NCBI RefSeq assembly: GCF_000143415.4
Contig: NW_003314306.1
Coordinates: forward strand, 402,526-466,525
Direction: 5' to 3'
Length of the DNA stretch: 64,000 nucleotides
Source of the DNA: Selaginella moellendorffii
Lineage: Eukaryota > Plantae > Lycopodiophyta
Numbering within the stretch: the stretch's first letter is position 1; each line of letters begins with the position of its first letter. This document shows, in pieces, positions 1 to 13,037 of this stretch. Under the pieces are notes generated by a model. It made no database searches, was not told where the DNA came from, and worked only from the letters and a program-made list of their open reading frames with translations. The translations under genes were made by a program, and so were the position numbers.

Positions 1-123
1 ATGATAGCTTATTGTGTCTACCAAACACCCTTGCTATCATACCTTTTTGTGTTAGTCTCATTTTGCTCTTAAATACTATTTGTGGGAAGTGTTTAGATTC
101 GCTTATTTGGCATATTTACGGAA

Positions 124-2300
124 TGTAGAGATTGGCTTGAACACGATGGTGTTCATCCCGTGTCCAAAGTCACAATCTAGGAATATTCTATATTTAGTAA
201 CTTTCGAGCTTATCCCAGAGACTAACTCTTGGTACTAAGGGAAGCTTGGGGTGAAAGCCCAAAACATGTGTTCTTCAAGGGGGCGGGGGGGGAGGGTCGG
301 GGAGATTGTGGGGGGTTCCAAATGTATAGTAGGGATAGTGGTTGGAATGCATATTCAACTATCTGAGACATTAGTTTGGCACCTATTAGGTTGTGTCATT
401 CCTTATTTTGCGTCTGGCTTAGGTCTAAGCCTAAGCCCCATGCTGTTCTAGTCAGTGGGGTACCTTCCTCCTCATGTTAGGCCACTGATATGCCAAAATT
501 GTGCCAGACTCTGTCTGACACCATTTTGCATGCAAGTGTTGGATACGAGGAGCTGGTTCTCATGGGATCGTACCGGACCTTCGTTTCGTACCGCAATGGG
601 CTTAGAGTTCAGCTCCAAATTCAGGTGCGCTAGATTTGGTATCAGAGGAATTGTTTCAGTGATTCCTATCCAACTTTTGTCGGATTTTCTGACTCAAGTT
701 GCATATACAAAGACTTTTCTAGTAGATTTGAAGCGACCTATGTAGGATTAGTTAGATTGCACCATTCGGTAAGAACGTTGTATGCATATTCAATTACTGA
801 TAGAGGCATGCATGCAACTAGTGGGATGGTGAAAAGGAACCGTGTTGATGACACTAAAACCTTTAAACGGGCGAATTGAGAGGAGGAATCTCCTGCTAGA
901 GATGTTGTAGAAGAAGCAGAGACCGAGTCAGAAGAGGAAGAGCCAGATGCTGCGGCACTGCAGCATATGGCTTAGGAAATTGAGATCGAGAATTTACGAA
1001 TGGAAGTTCACAAATTGAAAAAGGGGAACAAGAAGAGGAAGAAAGAAGCTGAAGCGGCTAAACCAGCTAAACCTAAGCAACCAGACTCCTCCTCAAGTTC
1101 TGAGGATGATGAAGTTCTGCAACCACCCCCAGTTGCATGAGTTTCAAAGTTCAAACCTCCAAAACCACTCAATTTCAGAGGCATGTGGGACTATCAGGTT
1201 TTGAAAGACTGGGTCTACAATATGGAAAACTATTTCATAGTGGTACGAAAGTTGCATGCACGCAATCCTTTCTTATCGATCATGCCAAAATTTGGTGGCG
1301 CCAGGTGTGTGCTGAAAAAGGGCAAACTAGAAGTTAGACCAAGATGCGGTCTCATATCCGTAAGGAATACTTGCCGGATGATCTTGGTTTGAGACTTCGC
1401 ACAGAGCTACGGTAGTTAAAGCAATGAGGGGATCTCATGCATTACGTTAATGCATTTGCTCAGAAGTGCATTATGATTACAAATATGAGTGACAAAGATG
1501 CTCAAAGTTATTTCCTAGAGGGTTTACGTTCACTTTCTCATAATGAGATTTTGAAGTTTAAGCCAAAGACGTACCTGGAGTGTAAGGAGGCAGCACAACA
1601 AATTGCCTTTAGTCACTCGCTCATGGAACAATATCAATAACTGTATGCTAGTACTTCAGACAAGAACAAAAATTCTGGGAATAAACAAGGTGATTGGAAA
1701 CAAAGGGTGGAAGGCAGGTTCCACTCTAAAGGCTCATAAGCAACAGTTAACAAAGGTGGTGGTGGTTGGAGACCACTAACAGCTTCTTCTGGTCCTAGGC
1801 CTTCTGTTCCTCCTCCTGTATAAGTAGCAGCAATTGGCAAAAGCTGCTCCTAGTGGAATAGGTAGTGTGGGTCATTGCTTCCATTGTGGAGAGTCGGGAT
1901 ATAGGTCCTCGAAATGTCCCAACAAGCATAAGACAAAGTTTCATGTTAATTTCATGAGGGAAGACAGTGGTGGTGAAGCTGAAGGGGTTGACGAGTTGGT
2001 CAATGCAGACTATGAGGAAGAGGAGATGAGCCACTTTTGTTGCTTTCCTCAAGTTTTTCTCACAATCAATGCAAACACTGATCTGTTGATGTATCTAATA
2101 GGCTTTATCCGTGGACACCAAATCCAAGTAATGATTGAGACCGAAGCTATGCACAACATGATATCTGAAAACTTAGTTAAGTTGTTAAGATTGAATGCTG
2201 AGCAAATGTCACCCATACACTTTTAGTTTGCGGAAGGTGGGCAAGTAGCCAGAAAATTTGTGAGTGATGTTCCAATAAAAATATCCAAGTGAAAGGAAAG
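124..2300 (+). mobile_element. Degenerate Ty3/gypsy LTR retrotransposon 5' part (putative LTR 124-634, PBS 637-647, gag, zinc knuckle, aspartic protease)
   Basis: PBS-like TGGTATCAGAG (tRNA-iMet) at 637-647. It is preceded by ...GCGCTAGA (decayed CTACA), and TGTAG at 124 is a plausible LTR start. Gag-like peptides (LKDWVYNMENYF; YFLEGLR..KPKTYLECKEAA), a decayed CCHC knuckle (CFHCGESGYRSSKC) and a protease-like motif (VMIETEAMHNMISE, cf. LIDSGATHNFIS) are broken by stops and frameshifts. The LTR start is tentative. Confidence 0.8.
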
Positions 2301-5300
2301 AGTGTTCATAAGAATTGGCCAACAAGTATCTTTCGATACCCGAAGTCACATTCGTGACAACTTTTCTATTAATTTTTTTTTTTTTTTATCTCTAGTGTTG
2401 AATTGTGTGTTGAGGAAGTTGAGTGGTATAAATTTCTTACTTATCTCGTGCTAGCCAAAGTATTTTATCATAGTAGATCCTTTGTTTTCCAAGTTTTGAA
2501 CATGTCTCCTTATTTCCTCCCCATTTTTACTTTAATAATTGCTGAAAATTCCTCTTTTGAATTTTACTTCTTTATCCACTTTCTCTTCTTCCACAATATT
2601 TTTTCCTCTCTTTTTATCTCTTTATCCTTTTTTCCCTGACATTTCAAACTTTTTTTTCTTTGGAGGAGGGGGTAGAGGGGATGGACAAGAGTCCAACCTC
2701 AACAATGGAGTAAAGATGAGTGGATACAATAGTAGAGCAAAGACAAATGATATAGATTGTAGAGTAAAGACAAACATAAAGAGTTTGAATATAATATTCA
2801 ACCTTGATATAATAAGGCCAAATGAATGTGATAGTGGAATGAGACTAAACATAAATGGTAGAGTAAAGATGAGTGCAACGAGTTTGAACAAAATCAGTGC
2901 TTCAAAAAAAAAATTCCTTCGAGGAAGAGATAAAGAGGATGTGGAGGACGAATAAAGTAAGTCCAACCTCCCATGTGTAGTGTTGGACGAGGATGATAGT
3001 TATGAGTTTAAGTTAACATAGGTTTTGGATGTTGACCGAAGGGAAAACCCGAAAATAAGTTTTGCTTATAGTTATAAGTCCAAGTTACTAATGGTCTTGG
3101 AAGATTATATATATATATGTATGTGTGTGTGTTTATATATACATACCTTAGCTAAGTAATACACTAATTATATTACTATAGCATATGGACCATCTATTTA
3201 AAATTAAATCTGATCCATCCATTCTTGTATATAAGTAGAGGTGTAAACCCAAATTAATATATCTATTCCCATATCCTAAGCACTCACACTATTTTCTCCT
3301 TTTTTCATATTTTTCAAGCATTTATTTTGTCTCAACCTGAGACATCTTCTTGTTATAGTGTTTTTTCTTATGTGCAGTATTTTCTTTTCCTAGCATATTA
3401 ATCTCTTGTAATTTATAATTTTTCTTCTTTATCAAACTTCCTTGACTCAATACACATGTCTTCCATGACAAGTCCTCCATGACCCAGTATGAATTCACTA
3501 ACCTATTTGCTCTAGTGAATCCATCAATGAGGATTATTGCCATTTACCCACTTCTAGACAGCCTCTCAACCTTATCCATGTTGAAGAACTTTGCAAAATC
3601 AATCTATTAAACACCTAATTCTTCTCTATCATCTTCTTCATATTAAAACATTGTTTTACCTTTGTTGACCTAAGTCAACAAACTTTTAAAAGAGCACATG
3701 GTATCATATACTAGAAAAAGTGTACAAGCAAAGAAAAGAAAGAAAAACAAAGGAAAAGAGAGGTAAAGATCATGATATTATAATATCAGCATTGGAGAAA
3801 GCATGAGCTTGGATTTTTACCTTAAGGTGGTAGCAACTCCTTTCATCTAGAAGTTTATGCATTTTTCAGTTCTTATGAAAGATCAATACATGGATAATAT
3901 CAAAATCATATATTAGAGTCTTAATTATCAATGAATAAATCTTAGATTAGAACACAAAAGTATTCCAAGTAAGTTATCATCCGATAAACTAGAAGTATAG
4001 TATAGAAACCACCAAGATCATCATAATTGATAAAGACATGAGTCATTATCCAACAACATTCAATAGCAAGTACATCATCAAGTAAACTCAATGAAAAAAC
4101 TTAACTACCAAAGATTGTAGATAGTATACCAAACAAGTTACCAAAAACATCTCAAGGAACACAAGTATCATTGACTGGCAAGCAAAATGCTCGCAAATGT
4201 ATTACTCGAAGGAAATAACATCCAAATCTATTATAACTAACTCAAGCAACAATTAACAGAATAAAATGAATGTTGCAAAACTAACAAACATTCATTCATG
4301 CCAACTATCACACTAGCCAATCTAAATAGATCTTGATCAATAATACCAAGGAACCAAAGTTGCTTAAGCAAGGTTTTTAGGTTTTCACTATATAATTTCA
4401 CTCTATTTGCCATCTCCATCATTCTAGATTATTCACAGTCACAATCCATTTATTCAATTACTCTCTCTAACACTATTTATTACTTGTTATAGTTGCCCAC
4501 CCACTTTACACACACTTCTAACTATGCATACATGCTCTTATTTGCACAAATCCAAAACACTTAGTGGTTGATTTATGAATACTAGTCACACTTAATGCAC
4601 ACAAGAGACCAACCATGACTATGGGCACACATTGTACCCAAACCCACAAATTGGGGATTAGGTATAGTAATTTTCTATGTAGACATACATATTTACAAGA
4701 TTTATATCAAAGCTTTATTTTAAGTATAAGTATTTGAAGTGACTTACTAATAAAAAATAGAATTTTAAAATAATTTCTTCATTTAAATATTCTTATATTC
4801 TCATAGATGAAAACTTTAACTTAAATAATGAAATAATAATTATTTACTTTAAAATTATCTATCTAATACATCAATATGATCTTATAATAATAAATATAAA
4901 AATAAACTATATGAATTTAATATTACACTTACTAGAAACATTAATGAAAAGAAAGTTACAATAACTACCATATGAATGTCCTACAAAAAACTTATATATT
5001 TGAATATAGAATTAAGAAAAACTAAGGAAGTTTGAACAACATGTATTTCAAGAATTTGGTTTTATATGTTTTAATTTGATATTCAAGTTGTGTTATTGAG
5101 AAATGTTATACACATATTTGACAATGAATTCTTTGCATCATAGTAGCTTTAGATAGAAAGAAGATGTATAAATTTACAAATGGGGGGTAAAGATGTATTT
5201 GAAGATGTATTAGTATGACAAGCTCGTTGTTTATAAAAATTTTGACGTGTTCAACAACTAAAGCTTGATATATGGTATAAATACATGTGTTAATTGAAAT

Positions 5301-6260
5301 TTATGAATTATTAAAAAATTATGATATTCAAACTATTTTTGGATGACTTTTTAATAATTCTATATTATTGATAATACTGACTAAATTCTAAAGTAGGATA
5401 GTCACATAATAAAAATCATGTTGCAAAGCTTTAAGATGTTCCTAATATTTTTTAAAATATTAATGTTTATAAAATATAAAAAACATATAATATTGTAAGC
5501 TCTGTAGTATAAAAGATGGTTAGCTACTGTCTTATAATTTAATTCTTCATACTATTACTTATTTATTTTAATCCATTGGACTGTTTTGATAACATTTTTA
5601 GTCTATGGTATCCTTATGGTTTTAATCACTATCAGAGGCACCTGTCCAAGCAAGATCAAGACTGCAATTGCTAATTGAATTTGAAAATGACTCCAAGAGA
5701 AAACATTATGAAGTAATCCAAACTTTTTCCTTGTTATATCACTCATATATTGTTCTTCAAACTCCTCTCTCCTCACCTCAACTCTTTTTTACTTCTATAC
5801 TTCTTTCTTATTTTCCTCTTTCTTCCCTTTATAATTTTTACTTGTACTTTTAATGCTCAACCAAATTATCATTCTCATAAGCCTCTATCCACTAACTAAG
5901 TTTTTCCTCTCTTTTGTTCTTTTTATTGGTGTCCCTCTTTTCAAGCTACACTATTCTTCCTTCAAACTCCTAAGATTTTCTTATCTAATTTTTTTATTTT
6001 TTTAATTATTTTTTCTTTTATCTTTATGTGTTTGCCTTATGTAACTTTATTTTTCTTTATATTTAGATTATTTTTATTTATTTATTTTAATTTTTTGTTT
6101 CAATTTATTTTTTCTTGCTTATCACTTCTACTTGTTTTTGTAGACGAAGAAATGTAATATTTTGTAAAATAGTATTTGAGATCTAGATAAAGTACCAAAC
6201 TTAGATGTTTTGAACTTAAACACTTAAAGCTTTTCTACTAAATGAATCAAGATAAATAAT

Positions 6261-6660
6261 TTGCATTTATGTTTTCTATTAATGATTTTCATAAATATAT
6301 TCATAAAATCTCTTTGTTATTCAAGCACTGCTAGTGAACATTGTTATGTATATAATCGGCATTTAAGAATTACAAATGGTGAGTATTGTCGTGCTTCAAT
6401 AGATATGTTAAATGAATGGACTAGAAATCCATACAGAGTAACTTATACTCACTACTCTCAATATCTTATTTTTGATTTAGTAATAACATCATCTCAGGAT
6501 ATTGTAGAAACTAGAAGTGATATTATACAAGCTATAAGATTTATACAAAGAAATTGTATTAGACATCAAATAGGGGGTTATGTTCAACTTATAAATCGGT
6601 CTCTATATTTATCAGTACAAATAACATCCATCTGAATTAAATTCATTACAAGACTAGAAA
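6261..6660 (+). pseudogene. AT-rich small secreted Cys-containing protein gene, probably decayed (copy 1)
   Basis: 124-aa ORF with a TTG start, a hydrophobic signal-peptide-like N-terminus and a C..C..C-x4-GGYV pattern. It has a clear paralogue at 10921-11330. Alignment with copy 2 suggests a 1-bp insertion near 6627, with further stops downstream. Confidence 0.5.
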
Positions 6661-6917
6661 ATCATTAATTGGGATATTTATTAAAGTTATTTATCATTAG
6701 ACTCAAACAGTTTCAGACATTTTCTTGCAAGATATCAAGAGATATAATAGATCAATAAGGATTCTTAGCAATAGATATTGAAGTATTTCAATAAATAAAT
6801 AGAATATATCTTTGTATGGTATTTAAAAATATATTATCTGTATTTATTATTAGATCAATATGCAACTGATATTCTTTGGAATATACTTAGGAATGCCCTA
6901 AATTTGTAGTAGGCGCC

Positions 6918-9174
6918 ATGGTGCTGCGGTGCGCCCTCCTCCAGCTCCAATCATCCGCATTTCGGCGCTATGCCACTGTAAGTACCTCACATCGCATCAC
7001 AGCGCTTTATCCTACGAGATATCGAGCGAGGCAGCAGCATTTCAGCACAGGCCTGAGCTCCGGCACAAGCGCCACGGGTGGATTTCCTTCTCCTTCCCCG
7101 GTCTCGGACGAGCACTCCCTGAGTGTGGCTAGTATGACGATCGCTTTCGACAGGGCGCTGCTGGAGCGGCGAACGGAGGATGCTGTGTTTGCGGTAGATG
7201 GGCTTAGAAGGAAAGGCTCGTTTCCAAGCCGGGATAGTCTCAGCACTCTGATATCGCAGCTAGCCTACAAGCAGACACCGCTCAGTCTTTCCCAGGCTGA
7301 TAGATTGATCCAAGACTTGGTGGCGTCGCGCAGAGAGGATCTCTTGGATCAAAACAGCCTCTCGCTTCTAGCGCTCGCCTACGCCGGCGTTGGCATGGCC
7401 AACTTCTCTCGGTCGACTTTGCGGCTCATGTTCCAGACCGGGCTCTATCCTCCGGTGAGAGTCTGGACAGCGGTGGTGAGCAAGATCGCCGAGAGTTTCT
7501 CCGAGGCTCCAGCGGCCCTGGAGCTTTTCAAAGAGATTTGCAAGCTCACGGGTGGGACTGTGGACGCGAGCAGTAGAGAGCCGTGTAAGATGGTGGAGGA
7601 GCCGGACCCGGTGGCCAGGATCATCAAGTTGATGGACTTTGCAATGATGCCGAAAGGCAACGAGGAGCTCTTGGTTTCGATGAGGCCGGACGTCACGTCG
7701 TTTAACTCGGCTCTCCGGATCTGTGCGACGCTGGCCGACACGCAGAATGCCGAGGAGATTTTCCACAGCATGAGCTTGTTTGGTGTGCTTCCAAACAGCG
7801 ACTCGTTTGAGCTGCTTATCAAGGTTTATGGGAAGGCCAGGCGATTCGACTTGTTCCGGAAGGTTCCACAGAGAATGGAGGCTGCCTGCGTCAGGCCCAG
7901 TGCGTCGACTCTCAAGGCTCTCATCGACGCTTATGTGGAGTCGGGCAACATAGAGGAGGCCGAGAAGGTTTTGCAAAAGACGGTGCAAGGGAAGAGCAGC
8001 TTGTGGAACCTTGTGAAGCTGGAAGGAGACGTCTACAACAGCTTACTCAAGGCGTATGCGTTAGAAGCGAGGCTGAGCGACGCTGCCAACCTTTTGAGCA
8101 GCGTGCCTCTCGAGGACGCAGGGACGGGGCTGGATCAAGCCAGAGTCGTGGCGAGCATGATAGCGTCGGGAATGCTCAAGGAGATTTGCTCCATTCTTCA
8201 GTACATGCTACAGCACCGGATGGAAGTCTCGTTCTCGGCCTACAAGTCGCTAATGCACGGGTTCTGCGCCAACAATCAGCTGGACAAGGCGGCGAGCTTT
8301 ATAATCCTGATGAAGAGAGCCGGGATCAAGCCCGACTGTTCCATCTACGGCCCTCTCATCCAGGGACTCGTGAGGTGCCGAGACAGGCTACTCGCTTATC
8401 ACACGTTTCTGGAGATGGTCGAGGCGAGAATCGTTCCAGACGAGGCAACTTACGTCTCCTTGCTGAAGGCCTTGACGGTGGAAGAGCGAGCGAGCAAGAT
8501 GGTTAGAGTGCTGGAGGCGGTGATGGAGTTCCCGAGCGTCAAGATCAGCCTCTTCTCCTGGAACTTGGTGATCGAGTACTGCTCGAAGAAGAAGCTGATA
8601 GGGGACGCGCAGAGGATGCTGGCTAGGATGGCTCCGGCGGGTGTTCAGCCGGATAGCTACTCGTACTGGTACGTTGTCAAGGGGCTGATCACGCGGAGCC
8701 GGCTGACAGACGTTCTGGGACTTTGGCCACAGATACAGTTTGCATCGAGGAGAGATCGGCCAAACAGGATAATCCTCCACAAGCAGCTCGTGGAGACGCT
8801 CATGTATGCGTTCGTGAAGGGTGCCAACTTCGCCCAAGCGCTGGAGCTTCTCGAGTATGCCAAAGAGGAGGACATCCCACTGGACAGGGAAGCGTTCAAG
8901 GACTTGTTCCTCAAGTACCACTCGCATCGTTTCACCAGCAAGCACAAGTCTCCGTTGAGAGTTTACGGGCGCCAGCAGCAGCTCCTGGAGATGGAGGAGT
9001 TTAAGAAGTGGCTCAGCCTCGGTGCGGTCAAAACTCCTGCTCGCTATGCTAAGTACGTAATCCATCTTTGTTTTTTTAATTTGTTGTTTGCTTGGTTGCT
9101 TATTTCTTTGTTGGACTTTGAGCAGGATTCTGAAATATGGACCATTCAAACGCGATGAAGGGCCGTTCTTTTAA
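6918..9174 (+). CDS. P-class pentatricopeptide repeat protein, HCF152-like (organellar RNA processing)
   Basis: 746-aa ORF with a transit-peptide-like N-terminus and tandem PPR motifs (PDVTSFNSALRICA, PDCSIYGPLIQG, PDEATYVSLLKA). LISQLAYKQTPLSLSQA..LDQNSLSLLALA and the C-terminal EFKKWL resemble the HCF152/At1g69290 family. A likely terminal intron (GT 9053 or 9057 to AG 9125) gives a stop at 9174 or 9158. Confidence 0.9.
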
Positions 9175-10920
9175 AATTGTAAATATGTTTCTGGCATCAG
9201 AAGTAGGGAGTCTGGCTATTATCTGAGAGGAGGAGGAGGAGATGGTGGAATGCACTCAAGCTCTTTCGTTTGGTTCATGTGAAGTGAGCAGATTGATAAG
9301 TCCTTCAATTTAAAGGATAACTCTGCAAACTCGAAAAATGGAGAATGAATGGAGAATGACACTACTGACAGCACAGGAAGATTTTGTTCATTACAGAACT
9401 TGTCTTGGAGAATATGTTGTACAAGTGAGCATGAGGTTGTTGGCATTGATGGCATTCCAAGTCCCAGCCACAAATACTTTAGTCATCCTCACATGAGCAT
9501 GACTAAGAGCATGCATGGCTCATACTCTACTCTATGTAAAGACTCAATCTATATGGCACAAATGGGTAACAAACTCATTTTTTATTCTAACTTTTGTGTT
9601 ATTATTAATGTTAACACTGGTGCAATCATAATAACAGCTCCAAGAGAGTAATCTTTATTACTTGGGGAATGAACAATTCAATCTTGCCACTGCCAACAAA
9701 AACAACACTGAAATATGGCATTTAAGAGTTGGCTATTTAAGTCTTAAAGAGTTTAAAAACTTTTGAAGGCATGGTGACAAGCCTAACTCTTCCTATTTCT
9801 TCCACTATCAGCTTGTGAAGCTTGTGTTTTGGGGAAGTAACATGGAAAATCTTTTACCGAAGAAGACGAAGAAGAAGAATAAGAAAAAGAAGAAGAAGGG
9901 TGAGCGGGTGGTCGGTGGGTCATCACGAAGAGGGCTCCTGGCTGGTGGCCTCCCCTCGATGTCGAGCCACTCTGATGCTGGGATGGACACGACGGGTGCT
10001 GCTCTCTGTCCGGGGCTGTATATGGTGATGGGTGGCAGCAGTGGCAGTGCATGATTGGTTCATATGCTATTAACCCCTTAGAGCTAATTAAAAAAGATTT
10101 TCTAGAGATTACTTTACAGCTTCATATCCACTTGTCATAGGCAAAAATTCCATGAAAAAACAAGTGACAAAGAAAGAAAAAATTTGGTGCATGATCACAT
10201 GGTTGAGTTGTCTTTAGCTCTTTTTTTTTCATATCACTGATGAAAAGTTGTATTCTTATAAATCATGTAGCCCCTTTTAATTTTGGATTTCCATTTTTCT
10301 ACAATCACCATTAGCCATTCTCCTCAAACAATTGCCAAGGCCTTTTCATTAAAAGTGTCACTAGCACTAGCTTATATCCAGACACTACAACACGAGCACA
10401 TTTCTTGAGAAATCCTTGTCTAGATCTTTATATTGGATTTGTGAACTGGTCAGAAGCATCAATCATGGGTAATGCTGATATAACCACAAAATAAATTAGA
10501 ACCATCAAAAATTAAAACCAAATGGCAAACCAAAAAACCAAACACTCAGTTAATTAAGATAATTCAAACTTTTTGGGAGAAATAAGAATGCAAGGCTTAA
10601 TAAGAAAAATGAATATTTTTTAATTTTTTTTTGTATTCTATGTATTTACAGATGTTCTGTATTGTTTTCTAAAGTTAAATTTCACTTTCTTTCTTTTTCT
10701 TTTAACGTTTTTTATTTAAATTTTTCTCTTCTAATACATATTTTATACACCTTTATTTATTAATTTATTAATTACATTTTTATTTTTATTTTTATATTTT
10801 AATATATAAATAACATGGCAGTAAGGATTAATAAAGGCTTAACTTTGTGATTTATTAGCTTAAAATTACATGCCATTAGTGTTAAATATTATAAATAATG
10901 ATTAAAAGTTTTTAAATAAT

Positions 10921-11330
10921 ATGTGTTATAATATTTTATTTTTATTTTATGTATATAATTTTATAAAAACTTTTGGATACTCCAGCCTGCTATAGAATCT
11001 TGTTATACAAATTGTTAATATTCAAGAATTAGTAACAGTGAATATTGTAATGTTTCAACATGTATGTTAGCTCAATGAACTAAAGATCTATTTAGAAGAA
11101 GGTATAGAGAAAACTTTTTAAATCTTAGACTTGTTTTAGTAACATTAACAAGAGCAACTTGTCATCTTATAAAAACTAGAAGTGACATTGAACAAGCTAT
11201 AAGATTTATAAAAATAAATTGTATTAAAAATAATTTAGGGGGATATGTTAGACTCAGAAATCGATCATTAATTTTATCAGTAGAAATAACTCCTTTTCAA
11301 TTAATTATGCTACAAGATCAAGATTTTAAT
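10921..11330 (+). pseudogene. Decayed paralogue (copy 2) of the small secreted protein gene at 6261
   Basis: ATG at 10921 gives MCYNILFLFYVYNFIKTFGYSS. After a frameshift it reads ESCY..SEYC...KTRSDIEQAIRFIKINCIKNNLGGYVRLRNRSLILSVEIT, aligning to copy 1 ETRSDIIQAIRFIQRNCIRHQIGGYVQLINRSLYLSVQIT. There are in-frame TAA/TGA stops. Confidence 0.7.
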
Positions 11331-12288
11331 TTCACATGAATACATTTCTTATATTAATAATTATAAACAATGACACATACTTGTATCTTATATAGGATAT
11401 TTGTGAACTGCTAACCATTAAGTAGATTGATAGTTTATAAAATCTTACTATTAGTTAAATTGATAGTTTGTGAAGTCCCACAATTGTGCAAATTGATAGT
11501 CTCTCTTTACTATAGTGTAGCATATGTAATGTATAACTTAATTTTTGGTAAATAATGATAATTGAGCTTTTATGGTGTAAGTGTTACATATACTGAGGTA
11601 AAACCAAAATTATGATTCAATATTGTACAAAATTAAATATGTGTAAAGGTTTATAATATATATTTTACTAGACTAAGTTTGCATGCACTACCAAATAACT
11701 AATGATTCACATGTTTTACCTTTGACCTATTTTTAAATATTTCAATGAAAAGTGAGTCAGCTAGAATTCCTAATGACAGCAAATGTACAAATTAGAAGTT
11801 TGTGAGGCACATCCCATGCAATTGAAATAAATGCAAGTTGTTATTGCCTCATTGTTAGAAGTTCTTGCATCTATAAGCAACATTAAATTAGACAAATAGT
11901 ACTAATTTAATGAGCCTATTTAAATTTTATAATTTAATAATGCTAAAGTTATGTCATTTGGGCTAATCCTAATGTTAGAAATTCTTAACATTAAAATCAT
12001 TAATTAAAACATTCATTTAAGAGTTTTTACAGCCTTCCTTCCTTTTCATTGGGAGGTGGTGGTCCATTCATGGGGCCACCATAAGCATTGCACAAACACC
12101 TATAATAGGCATCTCATTGGGCTAAATTCATGACACTAATGCACTTTTATGGGTCAGCCCTACCTCTAGCTTGCTACCAAACTACCATAGGTGTGTAGAA
12201 GAAGGTGGATTGGTTTTTTTTTTTTAAATCTCCCTCTGGGGAGCTGAAATATAGAGGTGTAATATGTCTAAAATTTGTGTATAAAAAG

Positions 12289-12292
<4 letters not shown>

Positions 12293-12340
<48 letters not shown>
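12293..12340. repeat. (TA)n microsatellite, ~24 units
   Basis: Read directly from the sequence. Confidence 0.98.
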
Positions 12341-12344
<4 letters not shown>

Positions 12345-12691
12345 CTAAATGGAACTACTTTCACTTTCCATTAATAACTACCAATCTAAAAATAATAGCC
12401 TCAAAGCTATAATATTAATAAGATATTCTTCTAATAGATTATACCTGCATGCTGAATAAGAAAAGAAGTGAACATCAACAGTTATAAAATAAACAATATT
12501 AACAAGAGAACCATAATTTTTATGCTTCTCATCTAACAAATTAAATTAACTTTAAATTTTATTTATTATCCTATTTTAATGATAAATTAAGTAGTATTAA
12601 CTCATAGATTAATATTTGACCCTAAGTACATTTATGTATGTAAAACATAGAACTTGGCCTATAAAATTAACCTAAAATAAGTTAATGTATG

Positions 12692-13037
12692 TTCAAATGC
12701 TTCAATGGCCTTTGCCATGGAATTGTCCACGACTTTCTGGATGAAATCAATGTCTTTGCCTTGCTTCTTAAGAACCAATGCAAGGCTCTGTCAAGAGCAA
12801 GAAAGAAAGAAACAAAAAATCACTTCTTGCAAACAAAAATGCTCTCTGAAGCTTACCTGGAATGCTCTAAGGAACAGAGGATCCACCTTTATGGCATCTT
12901 CAAACTCCTTGAGAGCATTGTCCAAATCTCCAATGTACTCGTAAGCATGGCCATAGATGAATCTAAACTTTAACTATGACAGATACATGTTGATGAGCTT
13001 GGAAAGGACCTTGATCACCACTCGCATGTCCTTATTT
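12692..13037 (-). pseudogene. TPR-protein gene fragment with a retained GT-AG intron (12788-12856)
   Basis: The spliced minus-strand translation is KDMRVVIKVLSKLINMYLS*LKFRFIYGHAYEYIGDLDNALKEFEDAIKVDPLFLRAFQ|SLALVLKKQGKD. This is a textbook TPR motif (G.AY...GD.D.A...FE.AI..DP) with one in-frame stop, truncated at both ends in AT-rich DNA. Confidence 0.7.

Noticed and set aside
2539-4420. Several 60-140-aa ORFs and short AGAGTAAAGA repeats
   Set aside because: No recognisable domain; probably eroded TE sequence that I cannot classify.
7007-9149. Long antisense and alternate-frame ORFs over the PPR gene
   Set aside because: Shadow ORFs expected from GC-rich codon bias; no domains.
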